Below are positions 16,305 through 26,077 of a stretch of 32,414 nt of DNA, one piece after another. Every line of letters starts with the position of its first letter. The first letter of the stretch is position 1. The notes under the pieces were generated by a model. The model did no database searches. It saw only the letters and a program-made list of their open reading frames with translations, and had not been told where the DNA came from. The DNA comes from an uncultured Eubacteriales bacterium (GTDB lineage: Bacteria; Bacillota; Clostridia; Oscillospirales; RGIG577): the NCBI GenBank assembly GCA_964564795.1, contig CAZMCJ010000004.1, positions 1 through 32,414 on the forward strand, written 5' to 3'. Made by a program: the position numbers and the translations under genes.

Positions 16305-17816
16305 TTATTTACCAAGTTGCTTCAAAAGCTCTTCTTTTGTGATGATGTTTGCCTTGTGGCCGCCTAGCTCTATATACTTCTCTTTTGTCATAGTATATTC
16401 GATTGGGGCAACCGTTGCAGGTGTTGGCACCCAAGTGATTGGGTCTTCAATCATCTTAGAAACGTCAACCATAAAGTTGATTCCGCCACCCGGCAAGATG
16501 AATACAGGAACACCTGCAATAGACATTCTAACCTCGTCGTTATGCACAGCCTCAGTTAGCTTTTTAGGGTAAGTTGTGACACCCGCCCTTGCGCTACCAC
16601 CCGTACCACCTGTGTAAATAACGGAAACAGAAGATGTCTCACAAGTTTCTGTTATAAGGTCTGCAACCGCTCTAACTTCAGGGGTCATATCAATTTCCTT
16701 AACGCTTCCATCTTCTTGGATTTCCAAAAGTCCCGCTTTTCTGCCTGTTGTCTCTGTTACAAGAATTTTCATTCCCGCTTTTGCAATGCTCATATCTACG
16801 CTAACAACCGCATCAATAGGGTTTGAAACCTCTGTTCCGCCCCAGCCGTGGCCTTGCTTACCAAAGTATCTGCCCCTTGTGCTCTTTGTTCCATATGGCA
16901 CAACTCCGCTGTACTTCATGCCAACCTCTGCGCCTGCCAAATGCTCAGACAGAAGACCGATAACGTGGTAGTCAAGCACGATAACCTCGTCAACAACCTT
17001 GCTCATTGCGCTTGCGAACATTCCAACTGTTGCGCTACCACAACCAACACGCATAACATCTTCCTCTTGGCCGTCAATAACAGGCTTGTGCCCTTGTTGC
17101 AATTCCATTTTGGAACCACCGTCCACCTTTAGGGTAACACGTCTACCATTTGCAAGGTCAACAATTGTTTTTGCAACTATAAATCCGTCATTACCATGGC
17201 TTAGAAGATTTGCGCCGCCAATTGTAAGCATTTTGGAGCCATACTCCTCAGTTGTAATCATACCAACGATTTTGCCGTCTCTTTTAACCTTTGCACCCTC
17301 TTCTCCAATGTGGAAGTTGGTGTCTATCTTAACTTTAACTCCGCTGTAACTTAGTGGTGCTTCTGTTACAACTGTTACAACGTCAACTGATTTTTGGTTT
17401 TCCTCAACAATGTATGGAGCCGGACGGCAGCAAGGATAGCTTGTTCCACTACCAACCGCTGTTGTGATTGGCTTAACCGGCAATGAATCCTTAACGGTTT
17501 CCTTAATATTGGACTCAGTAACAAGGGGTCTGTTCCTTATTATTTCGCCATTTATGTTTGTATAGCGTGTGCAAGCTCCCTTGCACCCCTCTGGGATTGT
17601 GCAGCGAACTGGGCAATGTGTGCATACTTCGGAGCCTTTAACATCTTCAACCGTTTTGGTTATTGATTTAAATGGGCAAACTCTTGCACAAATTCCGCAA
17701 GAAACGCAGTTGTCCTTAGTATATGCAAGCTTTTCTCTGACTTCAATTGCATCTAGTGGACAGTTTTTAACGCAAATAGAACAGCCTTTACAGGTGTCTA
17801 GGTTAATGTTTATCAT
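16305..17816 (-). CDS. hnr: 6-hydroxynicotinate reductase-like iron-sulfur flavoprotein
   Basis: 503-aa ORF. It has two 4Fe-4S ferredoxin motifs (C9xxC12xxC15xxxC19P and C37xxC40xxC43xxxC47P) plus a third cysteine cluster, C65xxC68xxxC72...C78xxxC82. This fits the reported cluster content of E. barkeri Hnr. The gene neighbourhood also supports the call. Confidence 0.7.
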   Translation of the reverse strand: MININLDTCKGCSICVKNCPLDAIEVREKLAYTKDNCVSCGICARVCPFKSITKTVEDVKGSEVCTHCPVRCTIPEGCKGACTRYTNINGEIIRNRPLVTESNIKETVKDSLPVKPITTAVGSGTSYPCCRPAPYIVEENQKSVDVVTVVTEAPLSYSGVKVKIDTNFHIGEEGAKVKRDGKIVGMITTEEYGSKMLTIGGANLLSHGNDGFIVAKTIVDLANGRRVTLKVDGGSKMELQQGHKPVIDGQEEDVMRVGCGSATVGMFASAMSKVVDEVIVLDYHVIGLLSEHLAGAEVGMKYSGVVPYGTKSTRGRYFGKQGHGWGGTEVSNPIDAVVSVDMSIAKAGMKILVTETTGRKAGLLEIQEDGSVKEIDMTPEVRAVADLITETCETSSVSVIYTGGTGGSARAGVTTYPKKLTEAVHNDEVRMSIAGVPVFILPGGGINFMVDVSKMIEDPITWVPTPATVAPIEYTMTKEKYIELGGHKANIITKEELLKQLGK

Positions 17817-17834
17817 AAAATGTTCTCCTTACAA

Positions 17835-18986
17835 TTACTTAGTAGCTTTTCTTGTTGCCGGTGGTGTGTTTCTGCTTGCCCCATACATCACCTTACCATC
17901 AATAATAGCCATAGAGATACCTGTGATGTCGCCAGCCTCAAGAGCCTCCAGTGCAGTTTTGCCAACAGAGCCAAGTGGTGCGTCCATTATAACAAAGTCA
18001 GCCTCTTTGCCCTCAGCAATGATACCAACGTTTAAGCCATAAACCTTTGCAGTGTTACCTGTTGCACAGCAGATTGCTTCAGCTGCGCTGATATCCGTTT
18101 GTGATGCAACATATGCAATGTTTCTTAGAATACCAAGTGGGATTATGCCAGTTCCTGATGGAGAGTCATTACCCATAATCAGTCTGTCAATTGCACCTGC
18201 TTTTTTGATTTGGTTGCAAGCATATTGCATAATCTTAAAGTTACCGCATTGAACAATCTCAAGCGCCATCTTAGTTTCATTAATTAGCCTATCAACTTCC
18301 TCCGTACCGATAGAAGTGGGTCCACCATTGACGTGGGAAACAACGTCTGGGTCTGTATCAATAACCATTTGTGCAGTTACTGTGCTAGAGCCTGGGATTG
18401 AAGTTCCGCCCGTGTGCATTTGAACTTTAAATCCATATTTTCTTGCCCACTGAATCATTTGGTTTGCTTCCTTAGGGTCCTTAACGGAGCCAAGCCCAAT
18501 TTCGCCAACAATAAAGCAGCCCTCTTTTGCCAAATCCTCAAAGTCCTTCTCAACAAGGCCTTTTTCCAAAATAAGCGCACCACCATGCAGTTTAACACCA
18601 CCCGGACGAGCATTTTGGGAAGACTTGTGGCAAACAAGTGCCAATGCCTTTGTGCCGGATGCGTCCTTTGGTCTGCCTGGTGTGTGTGGCTCTCCTGCGG
18701 AAATCATTGTTGTTACACCGCCATGAAGGGAGCTATCTATATAAGATATTATGCTTTGACGTGGTGAAAAATCCCCCAAAACAGGGTGAACGTGTGAATC
18801 AATAAATCCTGGTGTTACCGTTGTGCCGTTAGCGTCGATAGTTTGCTCAACCGCTACCCCAGATAGGATATCCTCGCCACCTATTTTAACAATTTTGCCG
18901 CCGTCAATCAAAATAGTAGTTGCATCCAAAATTGGGTTTTTAATATCACCGGATACAAGGGTGCCAATATTTTTAATAGCAATCAT
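17835..18986 (-). CDS. ena: Enamidase (amidohydrolase superfamily; hydrolyses 1,4,5,6-tetrahydro-6-oxonicotinate)
   Basis: It has the amidohydrolase metal motif GFIDSHVHP, is about 383 aa long, and sits in the right context. I prefer the ATG at 18986 (MIAIKNIG), 8 nt after GGAGG, over the GTG at 19001. Confidence 0.75.
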   Translation of the reverse strand: MIAIKNIGTLVSGDIKNPILDATTILIDGGKIVKIGGEDILSGVAVEQTIDANGTTVTPGFIDSHVHPVLGDFSPRQSIISYIDSSLHGGVTTMISAGEPHTPGRPKDASGTKALALVCHKSSQNARPGGVKLHGGALILEKGLVEKDFEDLAKEGCFIVGEIGLGSVKDPKEANQMIQWARKYGFKVQMHTGGTSIPGSSTVTAQMVIDTDPDVVSHVNGGPTSIGTEEVDRLINETKMALEIVQCGNFKIMQYACNQIKKAGAIDRLIMGNDSPSGTGIIPLGILRNIAYVASQTDISAAEAICCATGNTAKVYGLNVGIIAEGKEADFVIMDAPLGSVGKTALEALEAGDITGISMAIIDGKVMYGASRNTPPATRKATK

Positions 18987-19019
18987 CTTTGGTTCCTCCA
19001 CTTTCTTTTTAAAAATGTA

Positions 19020-19886
19020 TTATAGTGTTACAAATTCGTCCTCTAACTTGCCAAAGTCGCCAAGGCCAACAAGCTCGTTGAAGTCTGGGAATGTAATCAT
19101 TGTGTCCATACTTGTTTTTGTGGTACCGTCCTCTTTTAGCTTGTTCATCAGTGTGAACATTGCCTTTGCAGTAACGTAAGTTGATGCAGTTGGGTAGATA
19201 ACAAGGGAATATCCGATTTCCTCAAGCTCCTTGTTTGTTGGCATTGGTGTTCTGCCACCTTCAACCATATTTGCAAGAGTTGGCTTTGTGATAGCCTTGT
19301 GAACCATCTCCATCTCCTCTTTGCTCTCAACGCTTTCAACGAAGATTATGTCTGCCCCTGCAGCTTCGTATGCCTTAGCACGTCTGATAGCTTCCTCTAT
19401 GCCGTGGTTTGTGCGTGCATCTGTTCTTGCAATGATGCAAAAATCAGGGTCTTTTCTTGCGCTAACCGCAGCTTTGATTTTGCCAACCATTTCTTCCATA
19501 GAAATAACCTTGCGCCCAGCCATATGCCCACATCTCTTTGGTGCAATTTGGTCTTCCAACTGAATTGCCGCAACACCTGCCGCTTCGTATTCCTCAACGG
19601 TTCTCATAACAGTTATAGCGTTGCCAAATCCGGTATCTCCGTCCGCAATAACAGGAACATCAACAGATGTAACCATCTTTCTTGCTCTGTCTAGCATCTC
19701 GCTCATGCAAAGTAGCCCAATATCAGGTTTGCCAAGTGCGCTCGCCGCTTGTCCATAACCGGTCATATACACTGCTTTGAACCCGCATTTTTCAATAACC
19801 CTTGCCGTTAATGCATCGTGTGCACCCGGAGCCACCAAAATTTCCTTATCTGCCAATAATTGTCTTAATTGTGTTGTCTTTTTCAT
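19020..19886 (-). CDS. dml: 2,3-dimethylmalate lyase (isocitrate lyase/PEP mutase superfamily)
   Basis: The sequence is PEP mutase/ICL-like (GAHDALTARV, DGDTGFGN, EDQIAPKRCGH) and about 288 aa long. The ATG at 19886 follows GGGAGG. Confidence 0.75.
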   Translation of the reverse strand: MKKTTQLRQLLADKEILVAPGAHDALTARVIEKCGFKAVYMTGYGQAASALGKPDIGLLCMSEMLDRARKMVTSVDVPVIADGDTGFGNAITVMRTVEEYEAAGVAAIQLEDQIAPKRCGHMAGRKVISMEEMVGKIKAAVSARKDPDFCIIARTDARTNHGIEEAIRRAKAYEAAGADIIFVESVESKEEMEMVHKAITKPTLANMVEGGRTPMPTNKELEEIGYSLVIYPTASTYVTAKAMFTLMNKLKEDGTTKTSMDTMITFPDFNELVGLGDFGKLEDEFVTL

Positions 19887-19903
19887 AGAACCTCCCAAAT
19901 TTT

Positions 19904-21313
19904 TTATAGTTTAAAGTCGTCTTTTAATACATTAAATCCGTAATTTTTATCAACCTGTGCTATGACGCCGCCTGTGTATAAAATGTAATTTTTATCAATG
20001 ATGACATTGAATTTAGTGGGTAGCAATGAAATACCCTTATTTTTAAAGGCGTTTCTTATAATGCTCTCACTCTCCTCTTTATCCCTGTTTGCAAACATAC
20101 CACCAACTGCAATAACTGTTTTAACATTGCGTAAATCCCTGCCAATTGGCATACCGTCCCGCACACCTGTTACCGGGTCTGGCGTTGTTGCAATGTAGCC
20201 TGCGTGGCGCTTTATGGCAACCTCCACCGCTGTTTGGGCAAGCATCGTGTCAAAATCATATTCCTTTTTATTTTGTGGAAGATAGCGCGTGTTTTCCTCC
20301 ACCATCTCACAATAGTTTGCAAATTGCTCTGTAATTTCATCGTCCTTAATACCATTTTTAGCAAGAATCATACGTGGGCTGACTGTGCCTGTAACCCCTG
20401 TTGCGCTAACACGCATTCCAAGGTTACCCTCCACCGTCCTAAAGGACATCTGGCGGTAGTTGCCAACAACAAGCCCAATTTCCTCGTCCTCCATATCCTC
20501 GTACTCGGGAATTACCGAGTGGACATCGGTGGTTGCACCACCCAAATCAATAACAAGGATATCACCAATACCCTCGTTTTCATCAACACCCCTTGCAAGT
20601 ATTTCGCTTGCAAGGAGCACCGCACCCGGAGTTGGGATAATTTTGTCGTTTGTGATTTGGGTTGTTAAAACATCAAGCCCTTTTGCCTTTGTGATTTGCT
20701 TGATAAACTCCCTGTGGATTGCCTCCCTTGCATCGTCCACCAGTAGCTTATGGATTGTCGGCATTATGTTTGGCACACGAACATATGGCACGCTACCCTC
20801 TTTAAGGATTTTTGCAACCTTGCTTTGCGCCGCAACATTACCTGCAATTAAAACCATGCTTTTAACATTGCTTTGGACAATAAGGTGTGCATTTTCAACT
20901 ATAGAGGTTTCGTCGCCATAGTCAGTCCCCCCCGCAAGCAAAATAATATCGGGCATAATCTCTTTTAAAATCTCAATCCTATATTCAGGTGGATTTTCAC
21001 TTGAGATAATCTCCAAAATTTTTGCACCGCTGTTCATAGCAACCGCTGCCGCCGCCTTGCCTGTTACACGTGCCATATACCCCATCGCAACCATTCTAAG
21101 CCCACCCGCAGCACTAGATGAGGACAAAACGTGCTTTGCACTAATCTCGCTAATATTTAGCTGATCGCACAATAGCTTTTGCCCGTCCCTAATACCTAGG
21201 TAAACATTTTCAAGTGTTGTTGGGGTTGCGGCACTTGCCATAAGCTTGTAATCCTTAAAAACTCTTTGCTTTGTATAGGTGCTGCCTATATCAATAACCA
21301 AATAATCAAACAT
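19904..21313 (-). CDS. MutL/GlmL-like protein (putative reactivase or chaperone for the B12-dependent mutase)
   Basis: 469-aa ORF. The N-terminus LVIDIGSTYTK and a later LVIDLGGATTDV are ASKHA/actin-fold phosphate motifs, as in glutamate mutase component L. The start codon abuts the mii stop (TAAATG). Confidence 0.7.
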   Translation of the reverse strand: MFDYLVIDIGSTYTKQRVFKDYKLMASAATPTTLENVYLGIRDGQKLLCDQLNISEISAKHVLSSSSAAGGLRMVAMGYMARVTGKAAAAVAMNSGAKILEIISSENPPEYRIEILKEIMPDIILLAGGTDYGDETSIVENAHLIVQSNVKSMVLIAGNVAAQSKVAKILKEGSVPYVRVPNIMPTIHKLLVDDAREAIHREFIKQITKAKGLDVLTTQITNDKIIPTPGAVLLASEILARGVDENEGIGDILVIDLGGATTDVHSVIPEYEDMEDEEIGLVVGNYRQMSFRTVEGNLGMRVSATGVTGTVSPRMILAKNGIKDDEITEQFANYCEMVEENTRYLPQNKKEYDFDTMLAQTAVEVAIKRHAGYIATTPDPVTGVRDGMPIGRDLRNVKTVIAVGGMFANRDKEESESIIRNAFKNKGISLLPTKFNVIIDKNYILYTGGVIAQVDKNYGFNVLKDDFKL

Positions 21314-22462
21314 TTATCTCACCGTATAAACATTACCGTCCATAATTCTTCTTGCCGTTCTGTTTATTTCTGCTCTTGTTAGTTTCCAGCCATCATTTTC
21401 TTTTTCAGCGGTAACGTTTAGTGCAATTACCCCTGCTGGGTGACCGATTTTGATTTCCACATCTCCGCCCCTGTTTTTTGCAACCATTGCTTCATTTACA
21501 ATGCTGCCCTCAATCCTAGCTGCTGCGCCTGTGCAAACCGTTGCAGTTCCTGCATAAGTTTTATGCACAACTTGCATAAACAATAGTCTTGATACAAAGT
21601 CAATATCGCTTTCTTTAATAACTTTTCCCTTTGTAAAGTCCTTATATTCCCTCGCCTCGGAGATAACAGCAATCATTGGGAAAGCTGGGATTTCCTTAAC
21701 TGCGTCCTCCCAATTTTCTATAAGCCCCATCTTAACTGCGCCCTTTGCCCTAATTTCCTCCAAGGTTTTAAGTAGCTCCTTGTTTTCATCAATTTGCGCA
21801 GGTGTTTCAATCCCTGTCATATTAAGGTCCTTCGCCCTTACAAAAACAACTGGGTTTGCAGCGTCAACCAAGGACGCCTCAATCTCACCGTAGCCCTCAA
21901 CTTCAATCTTATCAATTGCATTTCCTGTTGGAAGTAGTTTTCCTGTTGCAGCGCCTGCAGCATCGGAGAAGTCAATAACAACCTCTGACCCTTTTCCCGG
22001 AACCCCTGCAATTTCGTAGTCGCCTGTTACCTTTGCCTTGCCGTTTACAACCTCAACCTTTTCAACAAGAAGCTTTCCTGTGTTTGTGTTGTTAATTATA
22101 ACGTTTGTGTATGGCTCTGTTACTGTTACAAGCCCTTCGTCAACCGCAAACGGTCCAACACCGGCGGAGATGTTTCCGCAGTTGCCCGAGTAATCGATTG
22201 TTGGCGCACTGTATGATACTTGACCGAAAGTATAGTCAATATCCGCATCTTCCCTTGTTGATTTGCCAATTATTGCAAGCTTGCTTGTTAGTGGGTCTGC
22301 TCCGCCCAAACCATCAATTTGGCGGATATCAGGGCTGCCAAAAATTTTAAGGATAAGCTCATCTCTTTCCTTTTGGTCCTTTGGCAAGTTCTCCTCTTTA
22401 ATGTAAATTCCTTTGCTAGTGCCGCCCCTCATTATAACAACGGGTGTCTTAATTTGTTCCAT
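21314..22462 (-). CDS. mii: 3-methylitaconate delta-isomerase (PrpF family)
   Basis: 382-aa ORF with a PrpF-type N-terminus PVVIMRGGTSKGIYI. It is adjacent to the mutase gene and has a strong RBS, AAAGGAGGA. Confidence 0.75.
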   Translation of the reverse strand: MEQIKTPVVIMRGGTSKGIYIKEENLPKDQKERDELILKIFGSPDIRQIDGLGGADPLTSKLAIIGKSTREDADIDYTFGQVSYSAPTIDYSGNCGNISAGVGPFAVDEGLVTVTEPYTNVIINNTNTGKLLVEKVEVVNGKAKVTGDYEIAGVPGKGSEVVIDFSDAAGAATGKLLPTGNAIDKIEVEGYGEIEASLVDAANPVVFVRAKDLNMTGIETPAQIDENKELLKTLEEIRAKGAVKMGLIENWEDAVKEIPAFPMIAVISEAREYKDFTKGKVIKESDIDFVSRLLFMQVVHKTYAGTATVCTGAAARIEGSIVNEAMVAKNRGGDVEIKIGHPAGVIALNVTAEKENDGWKLTRAEINRTARRIMDGNVYTVR

Positions 22463-22487
22463 CTTTATTGTCCTCCTTTAATGTAAC

Positions 22488-24335
22488 TTACTTTGTTAGT
22501 TGTGCTTCCATCCACTGCACTTGCTTTGCAACGTCTGTGCCCGGTCCGAAGAATGCATCAACACCAAGGAACCCTGTTCCTTCGTCCTTCATCTTCTTTT
22601 CATACATAGCGTGCTCTTCTTCTTTTTCTGCAATTCTGCCGCCCGCAAATAGTGTAACCTTATCCCGCAATCCTAGCTCCTTAAGCCTTTTATCCACACG
22701 TGGGAAAAGCTCAATTCCAAGTCCTAAAAGGTTGGAAACACCAACAAACCTTGCGTTTGTTTCAGCCACAACATCTGCAACTGTTTCAGGCAAATTCATT
22801 CCTCTTAGGAAGATAACCTCGTAGCCCGCTTGCTCGATAGCCTCCTTAGCAAGGTTTATGCCCATAACGTGCGCATCTGCTCCAACAGTTGCAAGAACAA
22901 CCTTTTCCTTCTTTGTGATAACAGCAGGTGGCGCAACATAAACGTCAGCCTCGCTTACAGGCATATATTTTTCGTCAACACCAAGTGGTGTGTAGCCTTT
23001 AACATAACGACGGATTCCGTCAACATCTCTGTGGGTTTTAACAAACCTCTTAAGGTCCCAGCCCCCTGCACGTGGTGTATCCATAACGCCAGCCTTGCCC
23101 GCCTCAACAATAAGGTCGATAAGCTCCATCTCGCCATATGAATCCCAGAACTCAGGTGTGATGTCGGCAACTTCAAGCATTTTATCCTTCTTAAGCACAG
23201 CGGTCAGAACTGCCATTGCCTCTTGTTGGATTTCAACTTTACGCTCGTCGATAAATGGGTCATTTATATTAACCTTGTAGGTGTTATCAAACACGTTTTG
23301 TGTTGCCCAAATAGCCTTAGCCATAGAGTCGCCCGTTGGTATTCCAACATTTTCCGCCGCTTTTGGACGGTAGAAGTTAACACCCGATAGCTTAGCCGTA
23401 GTTGCCATTCTTGCAAAGTGGGCTTGCTCTGCAATCAAATCTGCCGGTGGGTTTTGGAATGTTTCAGGCACGCAGATTATAAACTCACTCCAGATGCTCT
23501 CTCTAAACGCTTTAACCAGCGCCAAATCAGCCAAAATATTTATGCCAGCAACATTCATTTGGATACCGCTTAGGCTCTTTGGCAGACCCGCTTTAACAGC
23601 AAGTCCTTCAGCAAGCAGGCACATTGCAAGCGCCATACCGTCTGTTCCCATAATGTTGTTGATGTGCTTGTGGGTATCAAGCTGTGCAAAAATTCCGTTT
23701 TCTGCGCAAAGCTCAATTGCCTTAAAGCCGTTAACAACCTTAGTTTTAAAATCGTGAATTCCCCTGCCACCAAAGTGAACGTGGATAACAGGTCCGATGT
23801 CTGTTCCGTCAAAGCCTGCAATTAGTGCATTTAACACATTTAAGTGGGTTGTATCTCCGGTTGAGTTAACACGGATTGGGTGTACCTTACCGCCCCCCAT
23901 TTGAACAAACTCACGCTCACCCATTGGTGTGATTCCGCCTTTTCCCCTTGATTGCTCGATAAGCTCAATCCCATCCTTTGGATCGATGTGACGAGTAGCC
24001 TCGGAGTGAACAAATTGGAAAATTGTAATGCCTAGTTTCTCCGCCATATCATACATAGCTTGAGATTCTTTAAATGTTTCCTCTGCGGAGTTTCTGCCTA
24101 GAATTGGGTTCATAACAGGCGAGTTTTTTGCAACCGCTTCTCTGCCTAGCGCCGCAATTCTGTGTCCACCACGCTCAACACCATCAACAACCCTCGGGTA
24201 TGCCTCCGGCAAGTCGCAAATTTCCCCTTTTTCATTTATATAAGGCATTGGTGCGTTATAAGCTTTTGCAAAAGCCTCAATAGCTTCAATATCCTCTCTG
24301 ATAATTCTTTCTGTTCTTGGTCTTTGTTTAATCAT
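22488..24335 (-). CDS. mgm: 2-methyleneglutarate mutase, adenosylcobalamin-dependent
   Basis: 615-aa ORF. The C-terminal B12-binding domain carries the DxHxxG motif (VGADAHVMG) followed by GMNLP...VGVSNLLG. The size and architecture match the single-polypeptide E. barkeri Mgm. It is flanked by the isomerase and reactivase genes. Confidence 0.75.
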   Translation of the reverse strand: MIKQRPRTERIIREDIEAIEAFAKAYNAPMPYINEKGEICDLPEAYPRVVDGVERGGHRIAALGREAVAKNSPVMNPILGRNSAEETFKESQAMYDMAEKLGITIFQFVHSEATRHIDPKDGIELIEQSRGKGGITPMGEREFVQMGGGKVHPIRVNSTGDTTHLNVLNALIAGFDGTDIGPVIHVHFGGRGIHDFKTKVVNGFKAIELCAENGIFAQLDTHKHINNIMGTDGMALAMCLLAEGLAVKAGLPKSLSGIQMNVAGINILADLALVKAFRESIWSEFIICVPETFQNPPADLIAEQAHFARMATTAKLSGVNFYRPKAAENVGIPTGDSMAKAIWATQNVFDNTYKVNINDPFIDERKVEIQQEAMAVLTAVLKKDKMLEVADITPEFWDSYGEMELIDLIVEAGKAGVMDTPRAGGWDLKRFVKTHRDVDGIRRYVKGYTPLGVDEKYMPVSEADVYVAPPAVITKKEKVVLATVGADAHVMGINLAKEAIEQAGYEVIFLRGMNLPETVADVVAETNARFVGVSNLLGLGIELFPRVDKRLKELGLRDKVTLFAGGRIAEKEEEHAMYEKKMKDEGTGFLGVDAFFGPGTDVAKQVQWMEAQLTK

Positions 24336-24344
24336 TTTATCCTC

Positions 24345-24854
24345 CTAAATTATGTTAAGCTTGCGCTTTACTTTTTCCATAAGCCCGCCCGCCTCAAGGG
24401 TTTCAAGTGTGCTCTTACCCAATGGCAAAAGTGTGTAGCTCTTGTTTTTGGTAACATTTCTAAGTGTTGCATTTTTTATGTCCGCTTCCAAAACATCCCC
24501 CTCGGAATAGTCTGCCTTAATCATATCAATATCATTACTTGTGATAACAGGAAGCCCAATGTTTATTGAGTTCTTCCTAAATATCATCGCAAAGCTTTTT
24601 GCAATAATTGCCCCCGCCTTGCACCCTTTTATTGCAACAGGTGCTTGCTCACGTGATGAGCCGCAACCAAAGTTGTCGCCGCCAATTATAATATCCCCTT
24701 CTTCACACAAATCATAGAAGTTTGGGATAGCGCTTCCCGAAAGTGCAACTGTGCATAGCTTTTGTGGAGCATAGCTCATTGCAAAACCCGGTAAAATCTG
24801 GTCTGTGTCTACATTATCTCCAAGGATAAACCCTTTTCCTTTTACTGTAAGCAT
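24345..24854 (-). CDS. dmdB: Aconitase-family dehydratase small subunit, assigned as (2R,3S)-dimethylmalate dehydratase small subunit
   Basis: 169-aa LeuD-like swivel domain (GDNFGCGSSREQAP). Its stop codon overlaps the mgm RBS. The assignment rests on context. Confidence 0.7.
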   Translation of the reverse strand: MLTVKGKGFILGDNVDTDQILPGFAMSYAPQKLCTVALSGSAIPNFYDLCEEGDIIIGGDNFGCGSSREQAPVAIKGCKAGAIIAKSFAMIFRKNSINIGLPVITSNDIDMIKADYSEGDVLEADIKNATLRNVTKNKSYTLLPLGKSTLETLEAGGLMEKVKRKLNII

Positions 24855-24867
24855 TTTTCTCCACCCC

Positions 24868-26061
24868 TTATCTTACGGTGTTAGGCTCAACAATGAAGCC
24901 CATTACCGCACTTTCTGCAACCACACGTGGTGATGCCAAATAAACAGATGCATTTTTATGCCCCATTCTTCCAGGGAAGTTCCTGTTAGTGGAGGAAATG
25001 CAAGTGTCTTCCTCTGTTAAAAGCCCTTGATGAGATCCAAAGCAAGGCCCGCAGCCTGGGTTTGTGATAATTGCACCGGCCTCCCTAAAGATTTTAGTAA
25101 GCCCATTTTCCTCCATCATCTCCGCAATTCGCTTTGATGCAGGAGCAATAACCATATTAACGTGATTTGCAATTTTTCTTCCCTTTAAAACACTGGCTGC
25201 AATTTCCATATCACTATATCTGCCGTTTGTGCATGATCCAATAACAGCTTGATTAATTTTCGTGCCCCTAATTTGTGAAAGTGGCTTAACGTTGCCTGGT
25301 GACGACGGGCAAGCAGCGCAAGGAACAATTGTTTTAGCATCAATCTTATGCGTAACGGATACATCGCCAATTGGCTCCCTTCCATCATCTATGTAGCCAA
25401 TCATTGCTCCCATTTCAATCATCATATTGGAAATCGTCATCTTCTCCTCATACGGCAAATCAAAAATAGCCTTTCCGGTAAAGATAACCGCCCTATCGGT
25501 AAATCCATTTGTTGTGAACATTCCAATTGTGTGCAGGATTATATCCTTGCCATAAACAAACTCATTAAGCTCTCCCTCAATCTCTATAACACAAACAGGT
25601 GGAACCTCCAAATCAAGCTCGCCCAGCGCCATAACTGCAGCTGTTTCGGTGGAGCCAAGGGGTATTGCCACAACGCCATGCGCACCCGCTGTGCAAGTGT
25701 GGGAATCTGCGCCAACGATTATGTCCCCTTTTTTGTAAAGCCCTTCCTCGTACACAAGCTGGTGGATAACACCCTCGCTCCTGTTATATAGTTTTGTGCC
25801 AAACTCCTCACAAAATGCATAAACAATCTTATGTTGCACCCTTGACTCAACGGAAGAACAAGGAATGTTATGATCCATTACAAAAACAACCTTGTCCTTA
25901 TCATAAACTTTATCAATACCAACTGTTCTAAACTGCTCAATAGCAATTGGTGCGGTAACGTCGTGGGCAATCGCCAAGTCAACCTTAACGCTAACTTCCT
26001 CACCGACGCTAACCTTATCAACACCTGCTTTATTCGCAATTATTTTTTCAATTATATTCAT
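24868..26061 (-). CDS. dmdA: Aconitase-family dehydratase large subunit, assigned as (2R,3S)-dimethylmalate dehydratase large subunit
   Basis: 397-aa short LeuC/HacA-like protein with Fe-S ligand regions (GADSHTCT, IGSCTNGR, NPGCGPCFG). No leuA or leuB is nearby. The assignment rests on context. Confidence 0.7.
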   Translation of the reverse strand: MNIIEKIIANKAGVDKVSVGEEVSVKVDLAIAHDVTAPIAIEQFRTVGIDKVYDKDKVVFVMDHNIPCSSVESRVQHKIVYAFCEEFGTKLYNRSEGVIHQLVYEEGLYKKGDIIVGADSHTCTAGAHGVVAIPLGSTETAAVMALGELDLEVPPVCVIEIEGELNEFVYGKDIILHTIGMFTTNGFTDRAVIFTGKAIFDLPYEEKMTISNMMIEMGAMIGYIDDGREPIGDVSVTHKIDAKTIVPCAACPSSPGNVKPLSQIRGTKINQAVIGSCTNGRYSDMEIAASVLKGRKIANHVNMVIAPASKRIAEMMEENGLTKIFREAGAIITNPGCGPCFGSHQGLLTEEDTCISSTNRNFPGRMGHKNASVYLASPRVVAESAVMGFIVEPNTVR

Positions 26062-26077
26062 ATATAAACCTCACTTC

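Noticed and set aside
24345-26061. Reading the aconitase-type pair as leucine-biosynthesis leuC/leuD
   Set aside because: No leuA or leuB is nearby. The pair is embedded between hgd and mgm in a catabolic cluster. The large subunit is the short (about 400 aa) form. From sequence alone the family is certain, but the substrate is assigned by context.
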